In this document: positions 13,843-24,862 of the stretch, piece by piece
Layout of the letters: the number at the start of each line of letters is the position of its first letter
How positions within the stretch are numbered: the first letter of the stretch is position 1
Assembly: GCA_043228905.1 (NCBI GenBank)
Contig: JBHGNT010000009.1
Location: 14,260,001 to 14,324,000 of the forward strand
DNA from: Azolla caroliniana
Taxonomy: Eukaryota > Plantae > Polypodiophyta
Direction of reading: 5' to 3'
Length of the DNA: 64,000 bases
Program-made: the position numbers and the translations under genes
Notes under the pieces: model-generated
What the model saw: the letters and a program-made list of their open reading frames with translations, nothing else
Told to the model about the DNA's origin: nothing
Databases searched by the model: none

Positions 13843-13971
13843 GCGTACTAGTTGTATTGTTTGTCTTTGCTAATATAAAAGTTACGATCTTGTATCCACG
13901 GATGATCTTATAGGAGCTTATAGTAGAAGAGTGTCGATCTTGTTCCGCATTAAATGACGGCGATTCCAACA
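9191..13971 (+). mobile_element. Copia B: both LTRs present, internally deleted and decayed
   Basis: LTRs 9191-9523 and 13608-13971 (TGTTG...CAACA), TSD ACCTT, degenerate Met PBS TGGTGTTAGAGC at ~9526, PPT GGGGGAG before 13608. Gag, protease (LLDSGA), integrase (SDNGGEF), RT (YIDD) and RNase H remnants with stops; deletion between IN and RT near 11965. Confidence 0.92.
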
Positions 13972-14919
13972 ACCTTCACTACTTCCTCAGAATCAAAGTG
14001 ATCCACACCCCCAACGGCATATTGTTGTCTCAACAACATTATGTTCTGAATATCTTGTTCAAGTTCAGTATGACCTATTGCCGACCGCTCTCGACACCCC
14101 TTGACCAGAATGTTAAGCTACAACATGACTCCAAACCGGCCTACAATGAGAAACAGTTCCGAAAAATTATCGAAAGCCTAATATATCTGACTATCACCTG
14201 ACTCGACATCAACTATCCGGTCAAGGTGATCATTCAATACATGCAACGACCAATCGTCGAGCACCTTCAGTGCACGCATCGACTATTGAGATACGTGAGT
14301 GGCACTAAGGATCGGGGATTGTTGTACCGACACGGTATAACCGAGAAGTTAGTCGGTTATAAATATGCCGACTAGGCTGGTGATGCCTCGGATCGTCAGT
14401 CAACATCCGGTTTTATGTTTTCTCTCGAGAACGCAGTTGTTGTGTGGAGCAGCTAACTCTGTCGAGCACTAGAGCTGAGTACCGAAGCACCACCGTCACT
14501 ATGTGTGAAGCCATTTGGCTTCAGCGACCGCACCAAGACCTCAGGATCGAAGTGCCGACTCCAATCCCAATCTACTACGACAACATAAGTAGCATGCAGC
14601 TTGCCAAGAACACCGTGTTCAATACTCACACAAGGGCATTACCACTTTGTGCACAAGCGGATCCTGAGGGGTGAACTCGAACTCCGATATGTTTGAACCG
14701 ATCGGCAGGTTGTCGATAACTTCACCAAGCCACTCGGATTGGACAAGTGCAGCACTTTTCGGAGATGGTTGGGCCACAACATCTCAACGTGTTGCCCTTG
14801 AGGGAAAGAACCGGAACAAGAATCGGGAGAACATGTAAAGGCACTAGAGAAGTAGCCGGAAAGAAGGAGAACGAAATCGAAACAGGGGGGGGACAAGGAG
14901 AAAAAGGGAGCCGAGTGGA

Positions 14920-15402
14920 ATGAGGAAGTCGGCACATCCGATGAAGTCAGAACAAGCGGTAGTCAAGAAGGACAGAGCCGACTGGAAGATGAAGGCCATG
15001 ATCCGAACATGGTCTGATGTGGTGAAGGGCCTGAAGGTTGAGGACGAATTGCAGACAGCCAATTCGGACAAGAGCAGGAACGAATCAGAGGTAGCCGATT
15101 CGGTTGAAATGTTCTATTCGGAGGAACCGAATCAATTGAAGGCCAAGTGGATGAGAGGGCCGCAAAAGTCGACGCCGACACGGAGGAGCCTACGGGTTGA
15201 GAAGCGCCAAAGTCAAAGTAACAAAGGAGCTAAGATGGGGCTGATGAGCAGACAAGCCGATCAAGAAGGTCGAGGTGTGCGGAACCACATAGGTCGAGGT
15301 GCGCGAGCAAGGCGTGAAGATGCTAGGAGAAGCCGGACACAAGGACCGGCAATGACAGACACCACAATCCGACCTCAAGTTGAGCTTGAGGGGGAGTCTT
15401 GA
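14920..15402 (+). other. Charged 160-aa ORF between Copia A pol and its PPT
   Basis: ORF track; lies inside the element. No recognisable domain. Confidence 0.3.
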
Positions 15403-15878
15403 GCGCACAAACTCAACACGATCCCGATCGACTAAATAAGCCAAAGCCGGATCCTAATCCAGAACGAAGAACCATATCGGTGTCTGAAACCAAGAGCCAG
15501 ATCTACATCTAGAACCAGGAGCCGAATCGGCGTTCAGAATAGGGAGTCGTTTCCAGAATAGTGTGTAACCGGTAGGCCATTAGAGGCCTAAGATCCTAGC
15601 CTAGTATATAGGCAGTGTCAGAATTTAGTTATGAGCATTGAAGTACTCGTCAGTACTTTTGTCCGTCCTTTCAAAGACTTGTATAAAAGTGCTCTCTGAG
15701 CACACTCGATGTGTACAGAGTGTTATATTTTGAAATAATGTTTTACTATTCTGCTCTCTCTGTCTCACCCACATACTCTCTGTGTATTTTCAAGGTTTCC
15801 ATTAAACCTTCGTTCTATTTTTGTTGGTATCCGGTTGAGCCAGTTATGTCTACCAGCTTCCACGCATAACTCTTCACA

Positions 15879-15917
15879 CATATTGATGTTCGATATGCTT
15901 TCGTTTGGGATCGTGTG
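15879..15917 (+). pseudogene. Copia C RNase H fragment, left half (continues at 45349)
   Basis: HIDVRYAFVWDRV here joins TKGKLNLEKVSTANNVVDGMTKCL at ~45351-45420. Confidence 0.7.
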
Positions 15918-17498
15918 TGTTATACGCCTTCGATATCCAAATCAAGGTATTGTGGTCAGAGGATGGGAAATGTTGACGGGTTGTACACGGTAGTGCATGA
16001 TATAAACAGATGTAACATAGTAAGTTCCCACAAAACTATATCTTATCAGATGATAGTATGTTGTTAACACGAGACCTAAGCCGACTATTGGTTAATTCCA
16101 ATATGCAATTTAAAAATGAGTCACCACAACATATAAGCAAACAGATATTCTATTAAACGATTGGCTCAACGCAACTGATTCCTAGTACAAGGCTTCATGT
16201 CCCTTTTTATAGGGAGTATGGTCGGTTACATCAAGAACGTAAATTGCTACTACTTCCTCTAATTATTATACATGGGTTTCATGTTATATATTTTTAGGGT
16301 TAGGGTTACTAATAATGATAATGATGATGATTGATGATGAAGATAGACATGTTGTAATAGTGAAGATGATGAACGGTATGATGGTGAGAGAGATCATGAA
16401 GATGTTGACAAGCATTGAGGGGTGGGGGGTTAGTGCCTAGAATGGCTCCACCCCCTTCCCAAGGGGGATCAATGTAAGGGGGGGGAGAGAGAGAGAGAGA
16501 GAGATTGAGAGATTGAGAGAGAAATGTTCATTGTGCTCATTCATTCACCGTAATGGGTTAAATAGGTACAAAGGGGTAGATACACAAGAGTGCAAGCCCC
16601 CTTGGCATTCACACCTAGTCACTCACTCACACCTCTTTGTATCAACCACACTCACACTCATAATCGTATAATATTACACATACATATCAACACATTACAT
16701 CTTTCACCCTCATTTATCATACTTATCAATCACCCGTAAATCTCGTACAATAACATTTCATTTTCTCCTTTCGTCTCAGCTTCCTGTCCGGCCCCACCTA
16801 TCTTGGTTTTGACCCGCACTTGTCACTAAGCCCCTTTCACACCTTGGCCAACCTAACCAACCATTACATGGCATGCTTGTGGGAGAGTGCCTTGTATGAT
16901 CGAAACCAAAAAAAATTGTCGGCTACGCTTCATAAAAAATATGCAAAATGTTCGGCTCCTGTTGAGCCGTTTCGTCGTTGCTCCGTTTCGTCGTTGCTGG
17001 TGTTGGTGTTGCCGATTGGTACTGGGGCTTCATCTGTTCGTTTGTCTCTGATTGATTGTTCTTCTGTGGTTGTTGTCGAAGGTATTTCCGTCTTCCCCCC
17101 TTCCGGTTGTTGGCTCTTCCGGCTGTTGTTGCCTAGTCGATTTGGCCAGGATCGTCTGCTCGGCTTCTACCCCTTCTTCCAAGATAAGTAGGGGGTTCAG
17201 TCTCAGTTGGGCCAATTCCTCTTGATATTCAGTATCCCCAGGCTGCTAGGCGTTTTCTTCCTTAGTCGTTTCCTATTCGGCTTGCTCTGTTTGTTGAGGC
17301 GGTTCAGCGTGAGCTCAGTCGGCACTGGGTCGACTTATTCTTGGGATTGCTCACTTGGTTCTTCACCAAGCCAATCCGTATGTACTGCCTCCTCCTGTTC
17401 TCCTTCCACCTGAATTCGTTCCTTTTCATACACCTCCAATTCTAAAACAAATTGGAGTTGGTCATTGTCGAATTCGTCTAGCAATTTCTGTATTTCCA

Positions 17499-17560
17499 TG
17501 GAGTGGAAGTTGACCAAGGAGTGGAAGTTGACCAAGGAGTGGAAGTTGACCAAGGAGTGG
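17499..17560. repeat. 18-bp tandem repeat x3 (GGAGTGGAAGTTGACCAA)
   Basis: Direct reading of 17500-17560. Confidence 0.85.
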
Positions 17561-17942
17561 TATCACTCATTAGCTCGTCTTGAATCGTTGTGACACTATC
17601 TTCATCAAGCTTGTAAAAACCCTCACCCTCTTTTTGCCGGTTTTCTTGGTCAGCGCAGAATATTTGTAATTCAACTACTTGTGCCGACCAGGTCTCCCAT
17701 CCCATTGCAAGATTGTCAGAGATCTTTTTCTCAAAATTCTTCCTATGGGTGTCGAGTAATATTTTGATTCGCACCATGCCCATTTGGACTTTCTCTAGCA
17801 AGTCTTGTTGTTCGGCTTTGAGTTGCTTGATTCTCCTTACAGCCACTTCTTATTGTACTTCATACCGCGCTTGGATTAAGCTTATGTTGGTCTGTAAGTT
17901 CTTCATTTCCATTTTGTGCATATCCACCATCTGTACCAATTC

Positions 17943-20900
17943 TGTTGTAATAAACTAATTAGTGTAAATAAGTAAATAAGAAAGTAAATACAAAACGTAA
18001 CCTTATGATATGAAAAGGTGCACCCCAAAAATAGGGTGCACCTATAACCACCACATTCTCTCTCTGTGGTCGGTTGGTTGGTTGTAGAGAGAGAGACAAA
18101 CACACATTATCATATAAAACATTCTTTCTCTCTCTCCCTTTCTCCCTCTCTTTCTATTTCTCGTTTACCATATGGTATCAGAGCGGTGAAGGAGTCCAAC
18201 CCCACCAAGATTTGTGTCGCGGTGTTAATAACGAACGTGCGAATTAAAGAAACGACTTTCGACCATGTCAAACGGTGGAGTGATAGCAAATGTGGCGGCA
18301 AATGCCGCCCAGGTATCGTCTCGCACTTATCATATTGAAAAATTGAATGATAAAAATTATCAACCATGGCGTATGACCATGGAAATTATATTAGAACAAC
18401 ATGACTTGTTAAAAATCGTCGATGGAACCGACGTGTGCCCCGACCCCACAAATGCACTTGGTGTGCAAACATGGAAGCGGCGTGATTTAAACGCTCGCTT
18501 AGAACTTCTCCTTCATATGGAGGACACACTTAAGCAAAGTGTGAGAACCTTGACTACCTCCAAACAAATATGGGATAGATTAGAGGCTGATTACCTCCAT
18601 ACGGACGTTACGTCCCAAGTTGCAAATTTAAAAACATTAATAAATATGAATATGAATGAAAATGATGATGTTGATACATTCGTTAAAAATTGGAGACTTC
18701 GACTTGATGATGTAATCCTTTCAGGACTTAGTTTGCCAAGTTCCGTTCAATCTGCCCTCTTGTTAGCCGCCCTACCCCCATCATGGCAACCATTTATAAG
18801 TACAAAATCCACATCCGCCAACATTAGTGTCCCAACATTAGTTGCATCAATCTCACAAGAAAACATACTTCGTAGGGCAATAAATCAACCCTCCTCATCT
18901 CACACCGCACTTTATATCAAACATCCAAATTACAATAAAAAACCTTACAATAAACCTAAATCAACATACCAACCTAATAACTCCAAATTTTATTCACGAA
19001 CCTCTAAATTTAACGATTCAAGGAATCATAACAAATCTAGGTTCCTTAGATCCTTTTGTAAAAATTGTCAAAGGAGCGGACATGAAACGAAAGATTGTTA
19101 TAGGAATTCTAACAACGGGAAAAGAACATATAAAGAAGACCAATCTTATAATGCATCTCATGATGACTACGATCCAAATAATCACATATGTGATAATGAC
19201 CAAAATTCCGATGAAGATAATGAAGATTCTTTCATTGCCTTCATGGCCCTCACTTCATTTAACAATTCTCCCACTTCAACGTGGATTCTTGATACAGGTG
19301 CCACATGTCATCTCACCTCAAGAGTTGAATGGCTCAAAGACTATAAGGCCTTAGAACATCCTTTCCCGGTTAGATTTGGGAACAATGGGGTTGAATATGC
19401 CCTTGGACATGGGACTGCTCATCTTGAACTTTCTGATGGGAACTTCATTGAAATCAATGAAGTTTACTATATACCTAACATAGCCAAAAACTTGATATCT
19501 GTCAATAAACTCACGAATGATAATACATCCGTCGAGTTTTATCACAAATATTGTATCATTCGTCATAAGACACCCTCTGGACGAGGCTATGTCGTCAATT
19601 GTCCAAGACAAGGATGTCTTTACCTTCTAGGCCGCTCTGTGGTACCTGCTGAAGAAGCACACCACATAGATGATTCAAACACATCAAACTATATGACCTT
19701 ATTATGGCACTATCGATTAGGTCACTTAAACCATCAAACAATGGTTCACATGGCCCGACAACATATAGCAATTGGCTTTACTCTTCCTCGTAAATCGAAA
19801 TTATCCCTTTGCGAAGGGTGTATATTTGGAAAACTTTCTAACTCGCCATTTCCATCCCATCCTACAACGACCACCAAACCCCTCCAACTAGTACATACGG
19901 ATATATGTGGTCCTTTGTCTACCCCATCCCTATCTGGAAATGTATATTTCCTAACATTTATCGATGACTTTACTCGGTTCACGATGGTCACGTTTCTCAA
20001 GACAAAATGTAGTGATCAAGTCCTTGAGAAATTTAAAGCCTACCACAAACTTGTAACAAATCAACAAGATTTACCCCTTAAAGTACTACAATCAGACAAT
20101 GGTGGAGAATTCAAGTCCCAAAACTTCCAAACTTATTGCCAAAACCATGGGATTCAACAACGGTTTACCATCCCATATACACCCCAACACAATTCAAGGG
20201 CTGAACGGCGAAACCGGTTGTATATGGACGCCACTCGTAGCATGCTCGCCATTGCAAACCTTCCCCGAACATATTGGGAAGAGGCCGTTTCAACCGCTTG
20301 TTATATATTCAATAGAACATATAGTCGATCAATTAGGACAACTCCATTTTCCTTGTGGTTTGGAAAAAATCCAAATTATGAAAATCTAAGAATCTTTGGA
20401 TGTCCATCATATGCACTCGTACCCTTAGAAACTCGATCAAAATTAGATAATCACGCAGTTCGCACAATATTTGTTGGGTATGGCGAACCTCATGGCTATA
20501 AGGGTTATCGATTATATGACCCAAAATCCAAAAGATTTATATTTAGTCGACGAGTGATATTTGATGAAGATAAGCTAATATCTAATCCTCACCCACATCA
20601 TGGCCATGAAAAGATACAAGATGAGACTACCATGTCTAACATTGAATCTAATAAAGAAATAATATCATCACCTACTAATTCTTGGCGGGCTCCACAAATG
20701 TCCTCGGAAATTCAACAAGTCACACTTGACCATATGCCAATTAACCCTCCTCCACTAATGCATTCATCTCTAGAGGTTCGCCCAGAAGTCCCAGTTTCAA
20801 CCATTGACTCCAACTTATTGCCCCTAATAACCAAACAATCACAACAAACTGATGTACATACTCCAATTTTAAACACTAACTCTACGCAAACTAAACAAAG

Positions 20901-23147
20901 GCTTAATAAACAATTTAGCACTCATAAGGAAAAGCCTTTAGATAGAACACAATTAACTCACATTGATTATTCAGGTTCCCATCCTATTCAAAATCTCTTG
21001 ATCCCACTACGAAGATCCTCACGCCTTAATGGTAAGGGGAAAACCAATGGTCACAATGATGCAAAAGTAATTAAAATAGGATGTAGAAATACCTCATATC
21101 CCACTAATAGTCAACATGTAGAAGATAAAAATTGTTGTGACAATGCGAAATCACCTAGTTCACTTAGCCCTACATCGACTCCAAAGAAAGTTCGTACTAT
21201 TCAAGATCTTTATGATCACACACAAAAAATTGATGCCCTTGTTGCGGACCATCGATTTGAACCTGAGTTTGCTTTTTCGGCTCTTGGTTCCCCGACAACC
21301 ACATCAGATGTCTCTGATGATCCCTTAACTATCAATGAGGCATTGCAAAGTCCAGATCGTGTAGAATGGCAAGCCGCCATGGCAAAAGAACTTGAATCTC
21401 TTGAGGCCAATAAAACATGGACTCTAGTACCACTCCCAATGGGACGCTCACCTATTTCATGCAAATGGGTGTTGAAGAAAAAACTAAACCCTGATGGTAC
21501 TGTTGCACGTTACAAAGCTCGACTTGTAGCTCGTGGTTTTTCTCAAGTTGAAGGACTTGACTATTCTGAGACTTTTTCACCCGTCCTCCGTATGGCATCT
21601 TTTCGGCTCCTAATGGCTCTAGCCACCATTCTTGATCTCGAAGTACATCATTTGGATGTACAAACGGCATTTCTACATGGTGATTTACCTGAGGAAATCT
21701 ACATGTCCCAACCTCCTGGGTTTGAGTCACAATCTCAACCAAACTATGTGTGTCGATTACATCGATCACTTTATGGACTCAAACAATCTCCTAGGTTATG
21801 GTTTCAAAAATTTAACAATTTTATGCTCTCACATGGCTATTCTAGATTGTTATCAGAACCAAATATATACATTAGACATAATCATTCATCTAATCGGTTG
21901 TTAGTGGTAGCATTATATGTTGATGACATTCCTATAGTCGGAACACCATCTGAAATTACTCAAGCAAAGCTAGAGCTTTCCAAAGCATTTTCAATAACAG
22001 ATTTAGGTCCCCTATCTTATTTCCTAGGCATGCAAGTTACGCGTAATCGTAGTATGGGCACCTTGATCATTCATCAAAACAAATTCATTAATGAAATTTT
22101 GAAATCCTTCGGAATGCTAAACATTAAACCTTGCACTACTCCCTTATCATTAACATGTAACTTAAGCATATCTGATAGTCCAACCACAAAAAGAGATATT
22201 AATTTTATGCAACAATTTCCTTTTAAACAATTAATAGGAAAACTTCGATATTTAGTCACAGGGACTCGTCCTGACCTTTGTTTTGCAATTAACTATCTTT
22301 CACGCTTTATGCATAACCCTGGTCTTATGCATTGGAAATCACTTCAACGAGTTATGCGATATTTAAAACACACATCTAACTATGGATTAACATATAAACG
22401 ATCCCAATCCGAAAGACCAATCAAATCACTTGTTGGTTGGTCTGATTCGGATTGGGGGGGGGACATTGATTCTCGTAGATCTACTGCTGGGTTTTCTTTT
22501 ATAATGGCAGGAGCAGCAGTGACGTGGCAATCGAAAAAACAAGAATCTGTGACACTCTCATCTGCTGAAGCTGAGTTCGTAGCAGTGGCATTGGCTGCTA
22601 AAGAAGGATTATGGTTGCAAACAGTGATAAAAGAACTCCAACTATGTGGACCACTCCAATTGAAAATCTTCTGCGACAATATATCATGCATCTACTTAAC
22701 GAAGAATCCAAAGCACTCAGAGAAAACAAAACATGTGGATTTAAAATATCACTTTATACGAGAGTTAGCCGAAGAAAACAAGCTTACATTAGAGTTTACA
22801 TCAACAAATCATATGTGGGCTGATTTTCTAACAAAGGCTCTCCCTCCGGACAAATTTGAAACTTGTTGTGAAAATTTAGGATTACAACGGTTCACAACTA
22901 ATTAGTTTATGGGGGGGTGTTGTAATAAACTAATTAGTGTAAATAAGTAAATAAGAAAGTAAATACAAAACGTAACCTTATGATATGAAAAGGTGCACCC
23001 CAAAAATAGGGTGCACCTATAACCACCACATTCTCTCTCTGTGGTCGGTTGGTTGGTTGTAGAGAGAGAGACAAACACACATTATCATATAAAACATTCT
23101 TTCTCTCTCTCCCTTTCTCCCTCTCTTTCTATTTCTCGTTTACCATA
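17943..23147 (+). mobile_element. Copia D: intact, very young LTR retrotransposon
   Basis: 230-bp LTRs at 17943-18172 and 22918-23147, identical by eye, ending TGT...CCATA. TSD AATTC, Met PBS TGGTATCAGAGC at 18173-18184, PPT G7 at 22911-22917. Confidence 0.97.
18265..22905 (+). CDS. Copia gag-pol polyprotein, 1546 aa (Gag, CCHC, PR, GAG-pre-IN, IN, RT, RNase H)
   Basis: Uninterrupted ORF with CKNCQRSGHETKDC, WILDTGA, WHYRLGH...CEGC, LVHTDICG / SDNGGEF / AERRN, YVDD and SDSDWGGD. Confidence 0.97.
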   Translation: MSNGGVIANVAANAAQVSSRTYHIEKLNDKNYQPWRMTMEIILEQHDLLKIVDGTDVCPDPTNALGVQTWKRRDLNARLELLLHMEDTLKQSVRTLTTSKQIWDRLEADYLHTDVTSQVANLKTLINMNMNENDDVDTFVKNWRLRLDDVILSGLSLPSSVQSALLLAALPPSWQPFISTKSTSANISVPTLVASISQENILRRAINQPSSSHTALYIKHPNYNKKPYNKPKSTYQPNNSKFYSRTSKFNDSRNHNKSRFLRSFCKNCQRSGHETKDCYRNSNNGKRTYKEDQSYNASHDDYDPNNHICDNDQNSDEDNEDSFIAFMALTSFNNSPTSTWILDTGATCHLTSRVEWLKDYKALEHPFPVRFGNNGVEYALGHGTAHLELSDGNFIEINEVYYIPNIAKNLISVNKLTNDNTSVEFYHKYCIIRHKTPSGRGYVVNCPRQGCLYLLGRSVVPAEEAHHIDDSNTSNYMTLLWHYRLGHLNHQTMVHMARQHIAIGFTLPRKSKLSLCEGCIFGKLSNSPFPSHPTTTTKPLQLVHTDICGPLSTPSLSGNVYFLTFIDDFTRFTMVTFLKTKCSDQVLEKFKAYHKLVTNQQDLPLKVLQSDNGGEFKSQNFQTYCQNHGIQQRFTIPYTPQHNSRAERRNRLYMDATRSMLAIANLPRTYWEEAVSTACYIFNRTYSRSIRTTPFSLWFGKNPNYENLRIFGCPSYALVPLETRSKLDNHAVRTIFVGYGEPHGYKGYRLYDPKSKRFIFSRRVIFDEDKLISNPHPHHGHEKIQDETTMSNIESNKEIISSPTNSWRAPQMSSEIQQVTLDHMPINPPPLMHSSLEVRPEVPVSTIDSNLLPLITKQSQQTDVHTPILNTNSTQTKQRLNKQFSTHKEKPLDRTQLTHIDYSGSHPIQNLLIPLRRSSRLNGKGKTNGHNDAKVIKIGCRNTSYPTNSQHVEDKNCCDNAKSPSSLSPTSTPKKVRTIQDLYDHTQKIDALVADHRFEPEFAFSALGSPTTTSDVSDDPLTINEALQSPDRVEWQAAMAKELESLEANKTWTLVPLPMGRSPISCKWVLKKKLNPDGTVARYKARLVARGFSQVEGLDYSETFSPVLRMASFRLLMALATILDLEVHHLDVQTAFLHGDLPEEIYMSQPPGFESQSQPNYVCRLHRSLYGLKQSPRLWFQKFNNFMLSHGYSRLLSEPNIYIRHNHSSNRLLVVALYVDDIPIVGTPSEITQAKLELSKAFSITDLGPLSYFLGMQVTRNRSMGTLIIHQNKFINEILKSFGMLNIKPCTTPLSLTCNLSISDSPTTKRDINFMQQFPFKQLIGKLRYLVTGTRPDLCFAINYLSRFMHNPGLMHWKSLQRVMRYLKHTSNYGLTYKRSQSERPIKSLVGWSDSDWGGDIDSRRSTAGFSFIMAGAAVTWQSKKQESVTLSSAEAEFVAVALAAKEGLWLQTVIKELQLCGPLQLKIFCDNISCIYLTKNPKHSEKTKHVDLKYHFIRELAEENKLTLEFTSTNHMWADFLTKALPPDKFETCCENLGLQRFTTN

Positions 23148-23152
23148 AATTC

Positions 23153-24862
23153 CTTTGCCATTCTTTGTTGTGCCTCATCCGTGAGCAGCCAGTTTGTCGC
23201 TAACTCCTCGTCGAACAATTTCCTCTGTTCATGCAAGTCTTCCCATTGTTTGTTGTTTTCCTCCTCCTCTTTGCCTAATGTCGTCCCCTGAACCTCAAAA
23301 TCAACTAAAAACTTTTGAAGTTCTTTATTTAATGCGTCGTATTGCACTTTTAGACTTCTTAAGTCCTTCTTGGCAATGGTATGGACGTTCTCAGCTTCCT
23401 GTCCGGCCCTAGTTCATCCCGTACGCGGCTGATTTCGGTTTCAGCCGCTACCACCGCCTTCTTAGCTTTTTCGGTTATTGCCCTCTGTTCTTGGAGATCC
23501 TTCAGCAACTGGCTATGGTCGGGTGTCGGCACCCCGACTACACTGATCCTTTGTGCTGTCTCCTGAGCCTCTTGTAGTTGCTGCTACAAGGCTTAGATGG
23601 TTGCTTTATTCTCCAACAACCGTTACACAGCTTCCTCTACTCCTTTCCTCGCCTTTTTGCTTTTGTAGGTCATATCTTTAGCTGCTCTACATACCTTCGC
23701 CAATTCTTGGTGTGCTTCCACCAAGGCCATATTTATTACTGGCAATTGGATTGCCATGTGGCTTACTTTCCATTACGTTTCTGGTCAATATTGTTTAATG
23801 CCATTTCCTTTCTGGCCTCAATCTCGTTGGCTAAGGCCCTCTATATCATTTGTTGGTCTTCGTGTTCCTCCGTCATTTTGGTTGTGGCCACTACCTGTTG
23901 TCATGCTAGGTAATCCACCAGCTTGAATGAGGTGCCAAATTGCAATATGGCGGCCATTTTGTCTGTTGCTGGAGGGATATCCAACTAGTCGAGAACCTCC
24001 TTTTCCAAAACTCGGGAGGGTTTCCCATATTGTAATTTTCCGGTCAGCGTTGTGTCCTTGTCAGATATTAGAGCCAACGTCGTCGCCAGAACCACGACTA
24101 CTATCTTCTTCGAGTCCACATCCACCTGTCTGTTATCCTTCGTCGGGGCTCTCTTTGTACTAGCATCCTTGGCCAATCCTTGGTCGTTCTTCCTGTCTAA
24201 CCGCCTCTTCTTTGGTTGGATGTTTTGCTCTGCCGTTTCTCTTCTCGCCTCGCCTCGCCTTCGGATGGTAAAGTCATTTTTAGCACTCCCTGCCAGTTTT
24301 TGTGATTCTGTTGGGCGAGCAACGACATCCTCTAGTTTCGACTCCAATATCAGAGTTCTTAGTTTGCCGTTGGCCGAACCCTTCTATTGGGCCGTGGAGT
24401 CATGTTGTTCTTGCCCTCAGGCATCCTCTTCTTGCCATTCAACGTGAGGTAGGGCTTAATAGTCGCTGCTTCTTCCCAAGTGGTGGTTGTGGTTCCGAGG
24501 ATTGGATGGGTTTTGGCAACTTCTTCTCTGGCATACCTAGGCGTGGTGGGTACAATATTGATAGGTACTACGCAACAACCGACATCACCTTCTTACCAGC
24601 CTATAAGGCAAGAATGCCTACTTTGAGGGTTTCTCCTATCAAGAAACCCCAATCGACTTTATCGCCTTCATATGTGGCGAATGAGATGATGAAGTTGGCT
24701 TTATTCTTTGGCATCCCATTGGATTTGGGATGCACACACGTGATGTCAAGCAAGAACTCGACCACCTCCGTAAAAAACTCATCTGGACCGGGTTGCATCC
24801 TGTACGCCTTGGCAGTGGAGGAGTACTCCCTGAAGTAGGATTTGAGAGTTTCTATAGGATGG
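23153..24862 (-). pseudogene. Middle part of the long extra 3' ORF of the Tat-like Gypsy (other parts ~41309-41700 and ~17190-17937); C-terminal coiled coil
   Basis: Minus-strand ORF fragments 24601-24798, 23985-24347, 23129-23347 and 17478-17846 are collinear once Copia D and E are removed. E/K/Q/L heptad-rich in the distal half. Confidence 0.6.

Larger units (their letters stand above)
8923..15878 (+). mobile_element. Copia A: 5'-truncated, decayed element (RT, RNase H, 3' LTR) interrupted by Copia B
   Basis: VCRLKKSLYGLKQAP and YVDD at ~8930-9100. The frame EMKELGYL|HYFL continues across the B insertion. RNase H remnants at 14340-14760, PPT TTGAGGGGGAG ending 15396, LTR ~15397-15878. Confidence 0.75.

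Noticed and set aside
16290-16308. Telomere-like TTTAGGGTTAGGGTT
   Set aside because: Only two units inside an LTR; at most a telo-box, not an interstitial telomere.
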